The position numbers and the translations under genes are program-made. The notes under the pieces were generated by a model that ran no database searches, was not told where the DNA came from, and saw only the letters and a list, made by a program, of their open reading frames with translations. A stretch of DNA of 16,483 nucleotides from Allobaculum fili (GTDB taxonomy: Bacteria > Bacillota_I > Bacilli_A > Erysipelotrichales > Erysipelotrichaceae), in NCBI RefSeq assembly GCF_020969955.1, contig NZ_JAHDSX010000049.1:1-16483 (forward strand), in the 5' to 3' direction. How positions within the stretch are numbered: position 1 is the stretch's first letter; every line of letters begins with the position of its first letter. Below, piece after piece: positions 1-8,457 of this stretch.

Positions 1-33
1 GATCCGAAGTATGAAGAAAACGATGAAGAATAA
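1..33 (+). CDS. 3' end of a CDS truncated by the window edge (product unknown)
   Basis: Frame 1 is open from the window edge (DPKYEENDEE*) and stops at TAA 31-33, directly followed by a long stem-loop at 37-78. Only 10 codons are visible and frame 2 is also open to about 73, so this is tentative. Confidence 0.25.
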   Translation, partial: DPKYEENDEE

Positions 34-36
34 AAA

Positions 37-78
37 ATACGCCAAGCGGGATCTCGAAAGGGATCCCGTTTAGCGTAT
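37..78. terminator. Long stem-loop with GAAA tetraloop in a convergent terminator region
   Basis: Outer stem ATACGC (37-42) / GCGTAT (73-78). Inner 9-bp stem CGGGATCTC (47-55) / GGGATCCCG (60-68, one G-U pair) closes a GAAA loop (56-59). The A-run at 32-36 gives a U-tail only on the minus-strand transcript; there is no U-tail on the plus strand. Confidence 0.5.
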
Positions 79-165
79 CTAATATTCAGTCTCGCGTATA
101 CCCGTCGATTGTTTGACACTTACTTTTTTCGTTGTCCAAATCAAATATCGTCCTTTACTGAACGA

Positions 166-206
166 AGAAAAAGAGCACGCATCAAACGGAAGATGCGTGC
201 TCTTTT
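166..206 (-). terminator. Intrinsic (bidirectional) terminator downstream of the agaS-EIIA unit
   Basis: 13-bp perfect stem AAGAGCACGCATC (171-183) / GATGCGTGCTCTT (192-204) with an 8-nt loop. It is flanked by an A-run (166-170) and TTTT (203-206), and lies about 80 nt beyond the EIIA stop at 287. Confidence 0.8.
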
Positions 207-286
207 GCTATACAGAAAAATGTCGTCGTTGCGGATGCTCTGTTTTCTCTTTGAGTTTGCCCTGAGGAAACGAGCGAATCCGGGAA

Positions 287-718
287 TTAGATTCCGTCGG
301 AGAAATCGTCGGATTCAGCTGCAGGAGCCTTGAATTCGAAAGCCTGTACCTGGTCTTTGCCGACTGTGATCGCCTGTTTTGCCAGCTGATGAATGTCATC
401 CATGAACTGACGAACGAGGTTGATTTCTACGAGCATGCCAAGGTTTGTACCGGCTACAACTTCATAGCCTCTTGGGAAGCCGAGTTCTACGCTGACTTTG
501 AACGGCGAACCGCCAGCCAGGTCGGACAGTACGAGTACAGACTCGCAGTCTTTCAGGTTGTTCATGGCTTCTTCAAGATGAGCAGCCAGATCATCGGTCG
601 AATCGGTCAGGTTGAAATCTACCGCATAGTAGTTTTCGGCCGGTCCGGCAATAACGTTTAAAGCTTCAGTCAGACCAGACGCAAAGTGTCCATGTCCGGT
701 TACGATAAGTCCAATCAT
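287..718 (-). CDS. PTS mannose/fructose/sorbose (GalNAc-type) family EIIA component
   Basis: 143 aa. The N-terminal MIGLIVTGHGHFASGL matches the EIIA-Man phospho-histidine loop, and the size is typical of stand-alone EIIA-Man. The ATG (716-718) overlaps the upstream TAA (718-720) as TAATG. Confidence 0.8.
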   Translation of the reverse strand: MIGLIVTGHGHFASGLTEALNVIAGPAENYYAVDFNLTDSTDDLAAHLEEAMNNLKDCESVLVLSDLAGGSPFKVSVELGFPRGYEVVAGTNLGMLVEINLVRQFMDDIHQLAKQAITVGKDQVQAFEFKAPAAESDDFSDGI

Positions 719-1929
719 TATGCGTTTTCCTCCACAGTGACTTCAGTTTCCGATTTGAGTTCGTAAGGATAGATGGTAACGCCCTGAACAACGCGGTTAA
801 CTTCGCCAGTTGGGCATGGGTTATCCGGTGTGATGCCAAGAGAGATGGATTTGAACAGTGCGATTACCTGAGCAGCCAGGATGTAGTCGAAGGCAAGGTA
901 CATGTTGTCTTTTGCGAAGAGCAGACCAAAGTCGATATAGAGGTCAACGAGTTTTTCGATGTCTTCGTATTTACGAGCGGCTACGGCTACCAGTTTGTTG
1001 CCCTTTCTCTGGGAAGCCATTTCCTTAACCAGGTCGTATTCATACTGTCTCTGATATGGATCATCAGAAATGTAGATAACGGTCAGGGTTTCGTCGTTAA
1101 CAACAGATTTTGGTCCGTGACGGAAGCCAAGCGGAGAATCGAAGGTTGTTGTAACCTGGCCTGCAGTCAGTTCGCAGATCTTCAGCTGGGATTCCTGAGC
1201 GATGCCTTTCAGAACGTTTGCGCCAAGGTAAACGATACGGTTGAAGTCATAGGATTTAACCAGATCTTCACAGGCTTTGTAGCCATGGTCGAGGAAGTGC
1301 TGTCCTCTGAGGATAACGTCTTCCAGACGAGCTTCAGTTTCTACCAGGTGATCCAGGTTGAAGCAGAGCATAGCAGCCAGCATCATGTTGGAGAAACTGG
1401 AGGTCATGGCGAAGGACTGGTCGTGAGTCTCTTCCGTCAGGTTGATATCGAGGGCGTTGTCGCGTGCAGCAGCAGCTTTTGCGAGTGCGCCGTTCTTGTT
1501 GCAGGTGATGAACAGATGGTAAACGTTCTTGCCGCATACCGCGTCTGCTACCTGAACTGCGCCTACGGATTCCGGAGAGTTGCCAGAACGGCCGAAGCTG
1601 ACGAGCAGAGTCTTGCGGTTTTTGTCGAGGTAGTTTTCTGGAGTTTCTACCAGGTCAGTCGATGCATAGGATTTTGCGCGGAAGCCTGTGCAGGTGTTGA
1701 TGAAAGAATAGAGGGCATTGCCGACATATTCACTGGTTCCAGCACCGGTGAAGATGATATCCAGGTTTGGATCTTCCAGAAGCGGATCGATGAATGCCTT
1801 AATTTCGTCTTTCTTTTCTTTAATCTGTTTGAGTGTTTTCTTCCAGGTGTTCGGCTGCTGGTAGATTTCCCGAGCTGTCCAGATGCCGTTTGCGCTTTCC
1901 CAGAAGTTCTCTTCATGACCAAAAATCAT
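718..1929 (-). CDS. agaS: SIS-domain sugar isomerase/deaminase, AgaS-like (galactosamine/tagatose-6-phosphate isomerase family)
   Basis: Two SIS-type motifs (FTGAGTSEYVG and SFGRSGNSPES) and an AgaS-like N-terminus (TAREIYQQPNTW). Start moved from the ORF edge (1998) to ATG 1927-1929 (MIFGHEE...), which sits 7 nt after AAGGAGG. The result is 403 aa. Confidence 0.8.
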   Translation of the reverse strand: MIFGHEENFWESANGIWTAREIYQQPNTWKKTLKQIKEKKDEIKAFIDPLLEDPNLDIIFTGAGTSEYVGNALYSFINTCTGFRAKSYASTDLVETPENYLDKNRKTLLVSFGRSGNSPESVGAVQVADAVCGKNVYHLFITCNKNGALAKAAAARDNALDINLTEETHDQSFAMTSSFSNMMLAAMLCFNLDHLVETEARLEDVILRGQHFLDHGYKACEDLVKSYDFNRIVYLGANVLKGIAQESQLKICELTAGQVTTTFDSPLGFRHGPKSVVNDETLTVIYISDDPYQRQYEYDLVKEMASQRKGNKLVAVAARKYEDIEKLVDLYIDFGLLFAKDNMYLAFDYILAAQVIALFKSISLGITPDNPCPTGEVNRVVQGVTIYPYELKSETEVTVEENA

Positions 1930-2359
1930 GTTTGATTCCTCCTTTAAAGTTGGTTTCATTATACTTTGATTTACACTTTTACGATTATCCGACGACATTT
2001 TTGTTTAAAAAGTGCAAATCAGCGAACGGATTTTTTGAAGTCCATTCCTCCCTAATATCGTACTCTGTCTCAAGCCGGATTTGAGCAAGAAATAACCCCT
2101 GAACGGATATTTTTTTGAGTTTTTTTGCCCCTTTTATCCGGATCCAGTACATCATTTTTCCAGTATTTTGATTTTATCGTCTCGATCGGATTGGTTGATT
2201 TCACCGACAGTTCCTGTTTCTATTCGCTGCCCGTCCGGATCGGTGAAGCATCGTCTCTTCTTTTTGACGGAGGCATTTTCCAGAAACAAAAGAAAAGAAA
2301 AAATCTGCGCTGCGCCCGATCTGCGCAAAGGCGAGCGTACGGTCTGCCGAAAATAGCTT

Positions 2360-2388
2360 TTACTTATGTTTGCTTCTCTGGCTATAAT
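2360..2388 (+). promoter_or_regulatory. Candidate sigma-A promoter for the membrane-protein gene
   Basis: Perfect -10 TATAAT at 2383-2388, with a weak -35 TTACTT at 2360-2365 and a 17-nt spacer. It lies about 27 nt upstream of the 2415 start. Confidence 0.4.
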
Positions 2389-2414
2389 AGAACTCAATGA
2401 AAGGAGCTTGCTCT

Positions 2415-2996
2415 ATGGCTCAGAAATCATCAGCCAGCCGTAAAGGACGTACGGTCTCTGCACCGATCGATCCCGAACAGCCCGTTGGTAAACATTTGTT
2501 TTTCGATAACAAGAGACGTCTGATTTACGTTTCTCCGCTGCTTCACAAAAATCTGTATCTTCCAAAATACGACTACAAGCGGTTCAACCGCTACAATTCC
2601 CGCTTTATCGTCGCCGTCGCTACGATCATGATCTGCGGTTCGGCATTGACCGACTGGTTCAAGATGCCTATGTGGATCGCTTTTGTATTGGGCGCTTTAG
2701 TTTTTGCCGGTTTTGAATGGAGTTTCTACAAATTCCAGAAAGGCCTGACCGTCGTCAGTGATTTCGACCCATCCAAAGCTACGCCAACGGTAAGCTCCGT
2801 GATTTCTTCGGATATGCGGACGAAGACCTGGCTCAAAATCATTCTCTTTATTGTTCTTGGTGTTCTGCTGGTCGTAAATGCCTACCAGTCCCACTATTCG
2901 CAGCAAGTCATCATCCTCTGCTGGTGCGGTTTGGCAGTCTGCGTTTACATGGCGATCAACCTGCTCATCATGTTGTTCCGATCTCCAAAAGAATAA
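2415..2996 (+). CDS. Hypothetical integral membrane protein (basic N-terminal tail plus four predicted TM helices)
   Basis: Start chosen at ATG 2415 (MAQKSS...), 8 nt after GAAAGGAG; the ORF-edge ATG at 2397 has no RBS. Hydrophobic stretches are FIVAVATIMICGSAL, MWIAFVLGALVFAGF, WLKIILFIVLGVLLVV and VIILCWCGLAVCVYMAINLLIML. I recognise no family motif. Confidence 0.6.
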   Translation: MAQKSSASRKGRTVSAPIDPEQPVGKHLFFDNKRRLIYVSPLLHKNLYLPKYDYKRFNRYNSRFIVAVATIMICGSALTDWFKMPMWIAFVLGALVFAGFEWSFYKFQKGLTVVSDFDPSKATPTVSSVISSDMRTKTWLKIILFIVLGVLLVVNAYQSHYSQQVIILCWCGLAVCVYMAINLLIMLFRSPKE

Positions 2997-3049
2997 AGAA
3001 CAGGGTACGGCTCTTTCCTGCCCTGTACTGACGCCAAACCCATCCAATG

Positions 3050-3083
3050 AAAAATCCGCCCGGGCGATCCGAGCGGATTTTTT
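3050..3083. terminator. Bidirectional intrinsic terminator between convergent genes
   Basis: AAAAATCCGC (3050-3059) / GCGGATTTTT (3073-3082) stem with a 13-nt GC-rich loop, and A/T runs on both sides. It lies between the membrane-protein stop (2996) and the epimerase stop (3119). Confidence 0.8.
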
Positions 3084-3118
3084 GTATTCTTTCTGATTGT
3101 TTTGCGTATGGAGTGAAC

Positions 3119-3988
3119 TTACGTCAGACTTTCAATGGTATATTGCGCATTGAACGTGTCTCCCGGCTTAAGAGAAAGTGTGCCTTCGCGTTTTTCAAAC
3201 GGGCCGTCGACCTTTTCAAAATCGGTATGGCCAAACCAGGGTTCGATGCAGATGAAATCGCTGCTGCGATCCGCATTCCACAGAGCTACCGTCGGGAAAC
3301 CTGCAAAGCTCATTTTCAGGCGCTGTTCATCCTTATAGAAAAGCGTCGCTTCCCGGGCTTCGATCTGATCAAAAACGAGCGTCGCGTATTGATCCATATC
3401 TTCGTGATTGCATTTCCATGTATCGAGAATGACCGGAACACGTTTTACAGGCGAAAGATCCGGGAAAAAGACGATCTGATCCGCCATGGATTTGGGTTCA
3501 AAGGAGATGGAGAAATCTTCAAACACTTCGTCGGCGTTCTGTACGGTTTTAAACGCTGGATGAAGACCGAAGGAAAACGGCATCGTCTTATCGCCGGTAT
3601 TGGTAATCGCATACTGCACACGTACACCGTTTTCGAGGAGCGTATAGATCAGTTCAAAATGGAAATCAAATGGGTATTTCTTCAGAGTTTCCCCATTCGA
3701 ATCGAGGACATAGACAATACGGTCATCCTGAATGCTGCCATCCAGATTTTCATAGCGAACCAGTCCATGGTTTTTCATCGCATACGTTTTGCCTTCGATT
3801 TCGTATTCCCCGTTCTTCCATGTCTTTCCAATGGTCGGAAAGAGGGAGGGATTGCGGCCCGACCAGCCCTGATCGGCCTGATACAGAAGTTCACGGCCTG
3901 CTTTCTTATCGAACAGGCTGATCATCTGTGCCCCTGGATTATCGGTGCGCAGAAGCATGCGTTCGTTTTCAATTTTTAATGGATTCAT
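3119..3988 (-). CDS. Aldose 1-epimerase (galactose mutarotase-like, LacX-type) family protein
   Basis: Motifs typical of the family: GRNPSLFPTIG, KNHGLVR, FGLHPAF, ICIEPW. Start moved to ATG 3986-3988 (MNPLKIENE...), preceded by GGAAAGGAAA. The ORF-edge extension to 4060 has no RBS. Confidence 0.75.
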   Translation of the reverse strand: MNPLKIENERMLLRTDNPGAQMISLFDKKAGRELLYQADQGWSGRNPSLFPTIGKTWKNGEYEIEGKTYAMKNHGLVRYENLDGSIQDDRIVYVLDSNGETLKKYPFDFHFELIYTLLENGVRVQYAITNTGDKTMPFSFGLHPAFKTVQNADEVFEDFSISFEPKSMADQIVFFPDLSPVKRVPVILDTWKCNHEDMDQYATLVFDQIEAREATLFYKDEQRLKMSFAGFPTVALWNADRSSDFICIEPWFGHTDFEKVDGPFEKREGTLSLKPGDTFNAQYTIESLT

Positions 3989-4184
3989 TGAAATTTCCTT
4001 TCCGTTCTCCTGATGAGTTAAAAGCGCTGTGCTCGAACAGTCTGGCCCCTGAAGGCGCATCCTGCGAACGGTTCCTCCCTTTTTTGAAGCCTGTTCACCT
4101 GTTAGCGGACAGACACATGGCCTTTTCTATATGGAGTATATGGAGAGACAGATGAACGTTCAAAAGGCAGACTGCATTTGCGCT

Positions 4185-4976
4185 CTACAATCCGGTTCCG
4201 GCGCGTTTGAGACGTCTTTTTTTGAGCCAGCTGGATACGCCTTCTTCCTGAACGCTTCCAATGACTTCATCGGCGGCCTCTTTGGCTGCTTTTTTGGCGT
4301 TGCCAACGGCTACGCCATATCCGGCGGCTTTGATCATCTTCACGTCGTTGAGACCATCGCCTACCGCAATTGTCATGCAGGGTTCGTGGTGACGGGACAG
4401 TTTTTCCAGCGTCGACTCTTTGGAAATGCCGGGCGCCCGGATTTCTACACATTTACTGTAGAACACCTTGGAGCTGTCTGGAAGCAAAGCCGCAATCGCA
4501 TCGCGTGTTCGCGAATCGTCTGTCCAGATAATGATGTTGCATACGTCATCGCCGACCCATTCCTTCGTCTTTGGCGTAACCATATACAGCTTTCTCCAGT
4601 GGTGGCGGACTTCCTTGGGCGCTTCGGAATTAAAGAAGTTGCCGTCGGGTCCGGAATAGCGCCAGAGCAGATGGTTTTCCCTGCAGAAATTGCGAATCGT
4701 TTTTACATCGCTGTTTCGAATCAGACGGGCATCGACGAGCTGTTTGTTCTCGTCATAAATGGCCGCACCGCCTTCCAGAATCATTCCGGAAAAAGGAAAA
4801 CGAATGAATTCCGCTGGAAGATGCGCCATTTCGTAAGGCGAACGGCTGCTGACCAGATAGATCAGATCGCCCTGATCGACCAGATACTGGAACTCTTCCG
4901 TTAAATGCGAATCAATTTCATGAAATTTATTGTTGTAGAGCGTTCCATCTATATCAAACAAATAGACATGTTTCAT
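4185..4976 (-). CDS. HAD-superfamily hydrolase, Cof-type (HAD-IIB) sugar-phosphate phosphatase
   Basis: HAD motif I FDIDGTL at the N-terminus and motif IV GDGLNDVKM near the C-terminus, with a cap-sized insert between them. 263 aa. Confidence 0.8.
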   Translation of the reverse strand: MKHVYLFDIDGTLYNNKFHEIDSHLTEEFQYLVDQGDLIYLVSSRSPYEMAHLPAEFIRFPFSGMILEGGAAIYDENKQLVDARLIRNSDVKTIRNFCRENHLLWRYSGPDGNFFNSEAPKEVRHHWRKLYMVTPKTKEWVGDDVCNIIIWTDDSRTRDAIAALLPDSSKVFYSKCVEIRAPGISKESTLEKLSRHHEPCMTIAVGDGLNDVKMIKAAGYGVAVGNAKKAAKEAADEVIGSVQEEGVSSWLKKRRLKRAGTGL

Positions 4977-5078
4977 TTGGATTTTCTGTCCCTTTCAGAT
5001 GTTCTTGAAAACATCTTCGATGCTGACTCTTCTGCATGCGCAGACAAGGCCTTTGTGACCATTTTAATTTACATTTAC

Positions 5079-5104
5079 AAAAAAAGCGAAGCGTTGCGCT
5101 TCGC
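5079..5104 (-). terminator. Intrinsic terminator of rpoD
   Basis: GCGAAGCG (5086-5093) / CGCTTCGC (5097-5104) stem with a 3-nt loop. The plus-strand A7 run at 5079-5085 becomes a U7 tail on the minus transcript, about 28 nt after the rpoD stop. Confidence 0.8.
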
Positions 5105-5131
5105 CATTTCTATTTGAACCTGAGTTTAAGC

Positions 5132-6322
5132 TTAGTTTTCGTGGAAGACAGAAAGCAGTTTGGCTCTCTGCGGTCCTTTCAGTTTCTTGATTGCCTTGGC
5201 TTCAATCTGACGGATTCGCTCACGAGTAACATTGAACTTCTTGCCGATCTCTTCCAGTGTCCAGGTACGGCCGTTGTCGAGGCCGAAACGCAGACGAATG
5301 ACTTTTTCTTCACGTTCGGTCAGTGTGGACAGAACTTCTTCGATCGTCTCTTTCAGAAGCTGGTTATGTGTGTATTCTTCCGGGGTGACGGTGGACTTAT
5401 CTTCGATGAAGTCGCCCAGGAAGGTGTCGTTTTCATCGCCGACAGGCGTTTCCATGGAAACTGGATCGAGGGCAGAACGCTGGATTTCGTTTACGCGTTC
5501 GGCGGTCATGTCTTCCATCTTCTCCGCGATTTCTTCCGGAATCGGGTCACGGCCCAGATCCTGAACAAGCAGACGCTGGATTCGCGTCATCTTGTTGATG
5601 GTTTCTACCATATGAACCGGGATACGAATCGTTCTGGCCTGGTCGGCAATCGCACGGGTGATTGCCTGACGGATCCACCATGTGGCGTAGGTCGAGAACT
5701 TGAATCCCTTCGTATAGTCGAATTTTTCTACGGCTTTGATCAGACCGATGTTTCCTTCCTGAATCAGATCCAGGAAGAGCAGTCCGCGGCCGACATATTT
5801 TTTCGCAATCGATACAACCAGACGAAGGTTGGAGTCAATCAGGATCTGCTTGGCTTCCTGATCGCCTGCTTCAATTCGTTTGGCAATCTCCACTTCCTGC
5901 TGGGGAGTAAGAAGAGGAATGGCACCGATTTCTTTCAGATAGGCTTTTACCGGGTCGCTGGTTTTCGCATTGCTTGTATCCGCAAAAGTACGTTCCAGAC
6001 GGGCGAGTTCTTCCTCTCGGCTGCTGGCTTCTGAATCTTCCGAATCTTCGTCCTCTCCATCGTCAAGAGAATCGTCATCGCTGTCCAGTTCTTCGATGTC
6101 TTCGTCATCGTCACTGTCGGATCCATTGATGCTGATCTTGTTTTTCTGACACCAGAGGATAAGAGAATTCAGATCGCTGTCCGAGAGATTCAGCTCGTTC
6201 AGAGCTTCCATGAACTCTTTCTGATCGAGTTTCGCCCCGGCTTCTTTTGACGCTTCGAGCACCATTTTGACATCATCAATCGACGAAAAGCTCAGTCGCT
6301 TTTTATTCTTCTTTGCGGCCAT
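5132..6322 (-). CDS. rpoD: RNA polymerase primary sigma factor (sigma-70/SigA)
   Basis: Region 2 signature [53 protein letters not shown] and region 4.2 [27 protein letters not shown]. An acidic region-1 linker ([30 protein letters not shown]) is also present. Confidence 0.95.
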   Translation of the reverse strand: MAAKKNKKRLSFSSIDDVKMVLEASKEAGAKLDQKEFMEALNELNLSDSDLNSLILWCQKNKISINGSDSDDDEDIEELDSDDDSLDDGEDEDSEDSEASSREEELARLERTFADTSNAKTSDPVKAYLKEIGAIPLLTPQQEVEIAKRIEAGDQEAKQILIDSNLRLVVSIAKKYVGRGLLFLDLIQEGNIGLIKAVEKFDYTKGFKFSTYATWWIRQAITRAIADQARTIRIPVHMVETINKMTRIQRLLVQDLGRDPIPEEIAEKMEDMTAERVNEIQRSALDPVSMETPVGDENDTFLGDFIEDKSTVTPEEYTHNQLLKETIEEVLSTLTEREEKVIRLRFGLDNGRTWTLEEIGKKFNVTRERIRQIEAKAIKKLKGPQRAKLLSVFHEN

Positions 6323-6335
6323 TCAAATCTTCCTT

Positions 6336-7292
6336 TCAGACTTGTTCTAACGTGTTTACTACCATATTGGCACAGATCGTTTGGTTTGATTCGGCAGATG
6401 CACCAGTAGATTCTTCGCAAGGATTCATCCCCGCGCAGAATTTGCGGATCTCCGGCAGACGCTGGCGGGTCTCCTCTATGCCCAGTTCGTACCACGGTTT
6501 CAGTTTGTTCGGATCCGTAGTATAGCGGGTAATATGCATGTCTTTTGAGGGGCGAAGAACAAGCGCGCGTCCCTCATCTTCCAGCCGGTCAATCAGGTCC
6601 CATTGTTCCTGGTAGCGGATGTGCCGTTTTTTCAGATGATCCGTAATGACCGGATCACGATAAATCAGCCGGGCAAGCCAGACCTGCCATTTTGGTGCCG
6701 GCTTGCGGCGGTATCCTCTTTCTTTTGTGGAAAGGATAACTACCTTTTCACAGCCTGCGTCGAGAGCCTGCTGAACGGAAATCATATCGACCAGACCGGC
6801 ATCAAAATATTTTTTGCCGTTCCAGCGATACGGTTTGGCCAGAAGCAGCAGTGCGCAGCTGGCCTTGATCAGCGTCATGCTCTGATCGACATAGGGCTTT
6901 CCAAAGTATTCCACTTTGTTTTCATCCATGTCATACACGCCGATTTCCATGTCCGTAGAGGATTGGAAAAAGGACTCGAAATCGAGCGGTGCATGTTCTT
7001 CAATATATTTATTGGTGGCTTCCAGACCGAAGAGTCCGCCTTCCTTAAAAAGGGGAACGATGCCGATAGCGCCCTTCTGATCCGCCGCTTCAATCGTGGT
7101 CACTTTCAGTCTGTCAATCTGACGGGATACGTAAGCCAGAAGGACTTCCGACCCCGAGGAAATGCCGACGGAGTACGGGAAGTAGATTTTCTCTTCGAGA
7201 AAAGTCTGCAGAACGCCTGCGCTGTAGGCAATTTTCGTTCCGCCGCCTTCTACAACCAGTCCGCATTTGTACTTATACTGTTTTTCAGACAT
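6336..7292 (-). CDS. Patatin-like phospholipase family protein
   Basis: Oxyanion motif VEGGGTK, nucleophile elbow GISSG and a downstream FDAGLVD Asp motif. 318 aa. The ATG (7290-7292) lies inside the last codons of the malic-enzyme gene (ATGTCTGA overlap). Confidence 0.8.
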   Translation of the reverse strand: MSEKQYKYKCGLVVEGGGTKIAYSAGVLQTFLEEKIYFPYSVGISSGSEVLLAYVSRQIDRLKVTTIEAADQKGAIGIVPLFKEGGLFGLEATNKYIEEHAPLDFESFFQSSTDMEIGVYDMDENKVEYFGKPYVDQSMTLIKASCALLLLAKPYRWNGKKYFDAGLVDMISVQQALDAGCEKVVILSTKERGYRRKPAPKWQVWLARLIYRDPVITDHLKKRHIRYQEQWDLIDRLEDEGRALVLRPSKDMHITRYTTDPNKLKPWYELGIEETRQRLPEIRKFCAGMNPCEESTGASAESNQTICANMVVNTLEQV

Positions 7293-8457
7293 TCCGAACG
7301 CAGCCTTCTTTTCTGGCCTGGTCGGCTACTGCTTTGGATACTTTGTCTTTTACGCGCGGATCGAGGGCGCTGACGATGACATAGTCTTCCTTCAGATCCT
7401 CATCGCTGATCAGCGAAGCCAGCGCTTCAGAAGCCGCGAGTTTCATGCCGTCGGTAATGCGCAGAGCGCCGGCATCCAGAGCACCCCGGAACAGCGCCGG
7501 GAAAATCAGAACGTTATTGATCTGGTTGTCAAAATCGGAACGTCCCGTACCTACCACGCGGGCACTGGCTTTCTTAGCAAGAGCCGGATCGATTTCCGGA
7601 ACCGGGTTGGCCATGGCGAATACGATCGCGTCGTCGTTCATCGAACGAACCATGTCTTCGTCCACCAGACCGGCAGCCGAAACGCCAATGAAGACATCGG
7701 CGCCTTTCATGGCATCGCGCAGCGTACCCGGCTTGCCGTCCGGGTTATATTTTTCGGCGAGTTCCTTCTGCATTTCGTTGCGGGCGTTTTCTTTGGTCAC
7801 GATACCTTTGGAGTTGCAGAGAACGATGTGGCGGAAACCGTACTGACCGAGCAGATCGGCAATGGCGCATCCCGCGGCACCGGCGCCGGAGAAGGCAACG
7901 CGTACGTCTTCTTTTTTCTTACCCACAAGTTTCAGGGCGTTAATCAGAGCGGAAAGAACGACGCAGGCGGTTCCGTGCTGGTCATCGTGGAAGACCGGAA
8001 TGCTCATGCGTTTCTGCAGTTCTTTCTCAATATAGAAACAGTTTGGAGCGGAAATATCTTCGAGGTTGATTCCGCCAAAAGACGGTTCGAGCGCAGCGAC
8101 AATTTCAATGATCTTATCGGGATCCTGCTCATTGAGAACCAGAGGAATCGCATTGACATCACCCAGTTCCTTGAACAGCACACACTTGCCTTCCATAACA
8201 GGAAGGCCGGCCAGTCCGCCGATGTTTCCAAGACCAAGTACAGCCGATCCATCCGAAACAACCGCAATCGTGTTCGAACGTCCGGTATATTCAAAGCTTG
8301 TCATAGGATCTTTTGCGATTTCCAGACAGGGAGCGGCAACGCCGGGGGTATAGGCGATAGCCAGATCTTCATGGGTTTTCAGAGTCGGTTTGGAAACGAT
8401 ATCCACCTTTCCCTTCCATGCTTTATGAGCTTCAAGCGCCTTCTTTGCGTAATCCAT
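7285..8457 (-). CDS. NAD(P)-dependent malic enzyme (short, single-module form)
   Basis: Motifs LAIAYTPGVA, GGINLEDI, VFHDDQHGTA and Rossmann GAGAAG. 390 aa. The RBS GGAGGAGAG sits upstream of ATG 8455-8457. Confidence 0.9.
   Translation of the reverse strand: MDYAKKALEAHKAWKGKVDIVSKPTLKTHEDLAIAYTPGVAAPCLEIAKDPMTSFEYTGRSNTIAVVSDGSAVLGLGNIGGLAGLPVMEGKCVLFKELGDVNAIPLVLNEQDPDKIIEIVAALEPSFGGINLEDISAPNCFYIEKELQKRMSIPVFHDDQHGTACVVLSALINALKLVGKKKEDVRVAFSGAGAAGCAIADLLGQYGFRHIVLCNSKGIVTKENARNEMQKELAEKYNPDGKPGTLRDAMKGADVFIGVSAAGLVDEDMVRSMNDDAIVFAMANPVPEIDPALAKKASARVVGTGRSDFDNQINNVLIFPALFRGALDAGALRITDGMKLAASEALASLISDEDLKEDYVIVSALDPRVKDKVSKAVADQARKEGCVRNV

Noticed and set aside
1-5. The window starts with GATCC, the overhang of a BamHI or Sau3AI cut, suggesting a cloning-fragment end.
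   Set aside because: GATC is very frequent throughout this sequence and internal GGATCC sites are uncut. The right end is not a GATC site. Coincidence is the simplest explanation.
1930-1998. N-terminal extensions offered by the ORF track for agaS (to 1998), and likewise for the epimerase (to 4060), the esterase (to 14841) and the membrane protein (from 2397).
   Set aside because: Internal ATGs at 1929, 3988, 14733 and 2415 each have a well-spaced GGAG-type RBS. They give native-looking N-termini, including a signal peptide for the esterase. The extensions have no RBS.
2125-2400. Small ORFs of 91, 81 and 62 aa in the agaS/membrane-protein spacer.
   Set aside because: All depend on TTG starts without Shine-Dalgarno sequences. 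They overlap one another in different frames and have implausible composition.
6336-7292. Patatin-like phospholipase as a possible CBASS or other defence-system effector.
   Set aside because: There is no adjacent cyclase, sensor, TIR, SAVED or other signalling gene. It is translationally coupled to a malic enzyme and followed by rpoD, which is a housekeeping context.
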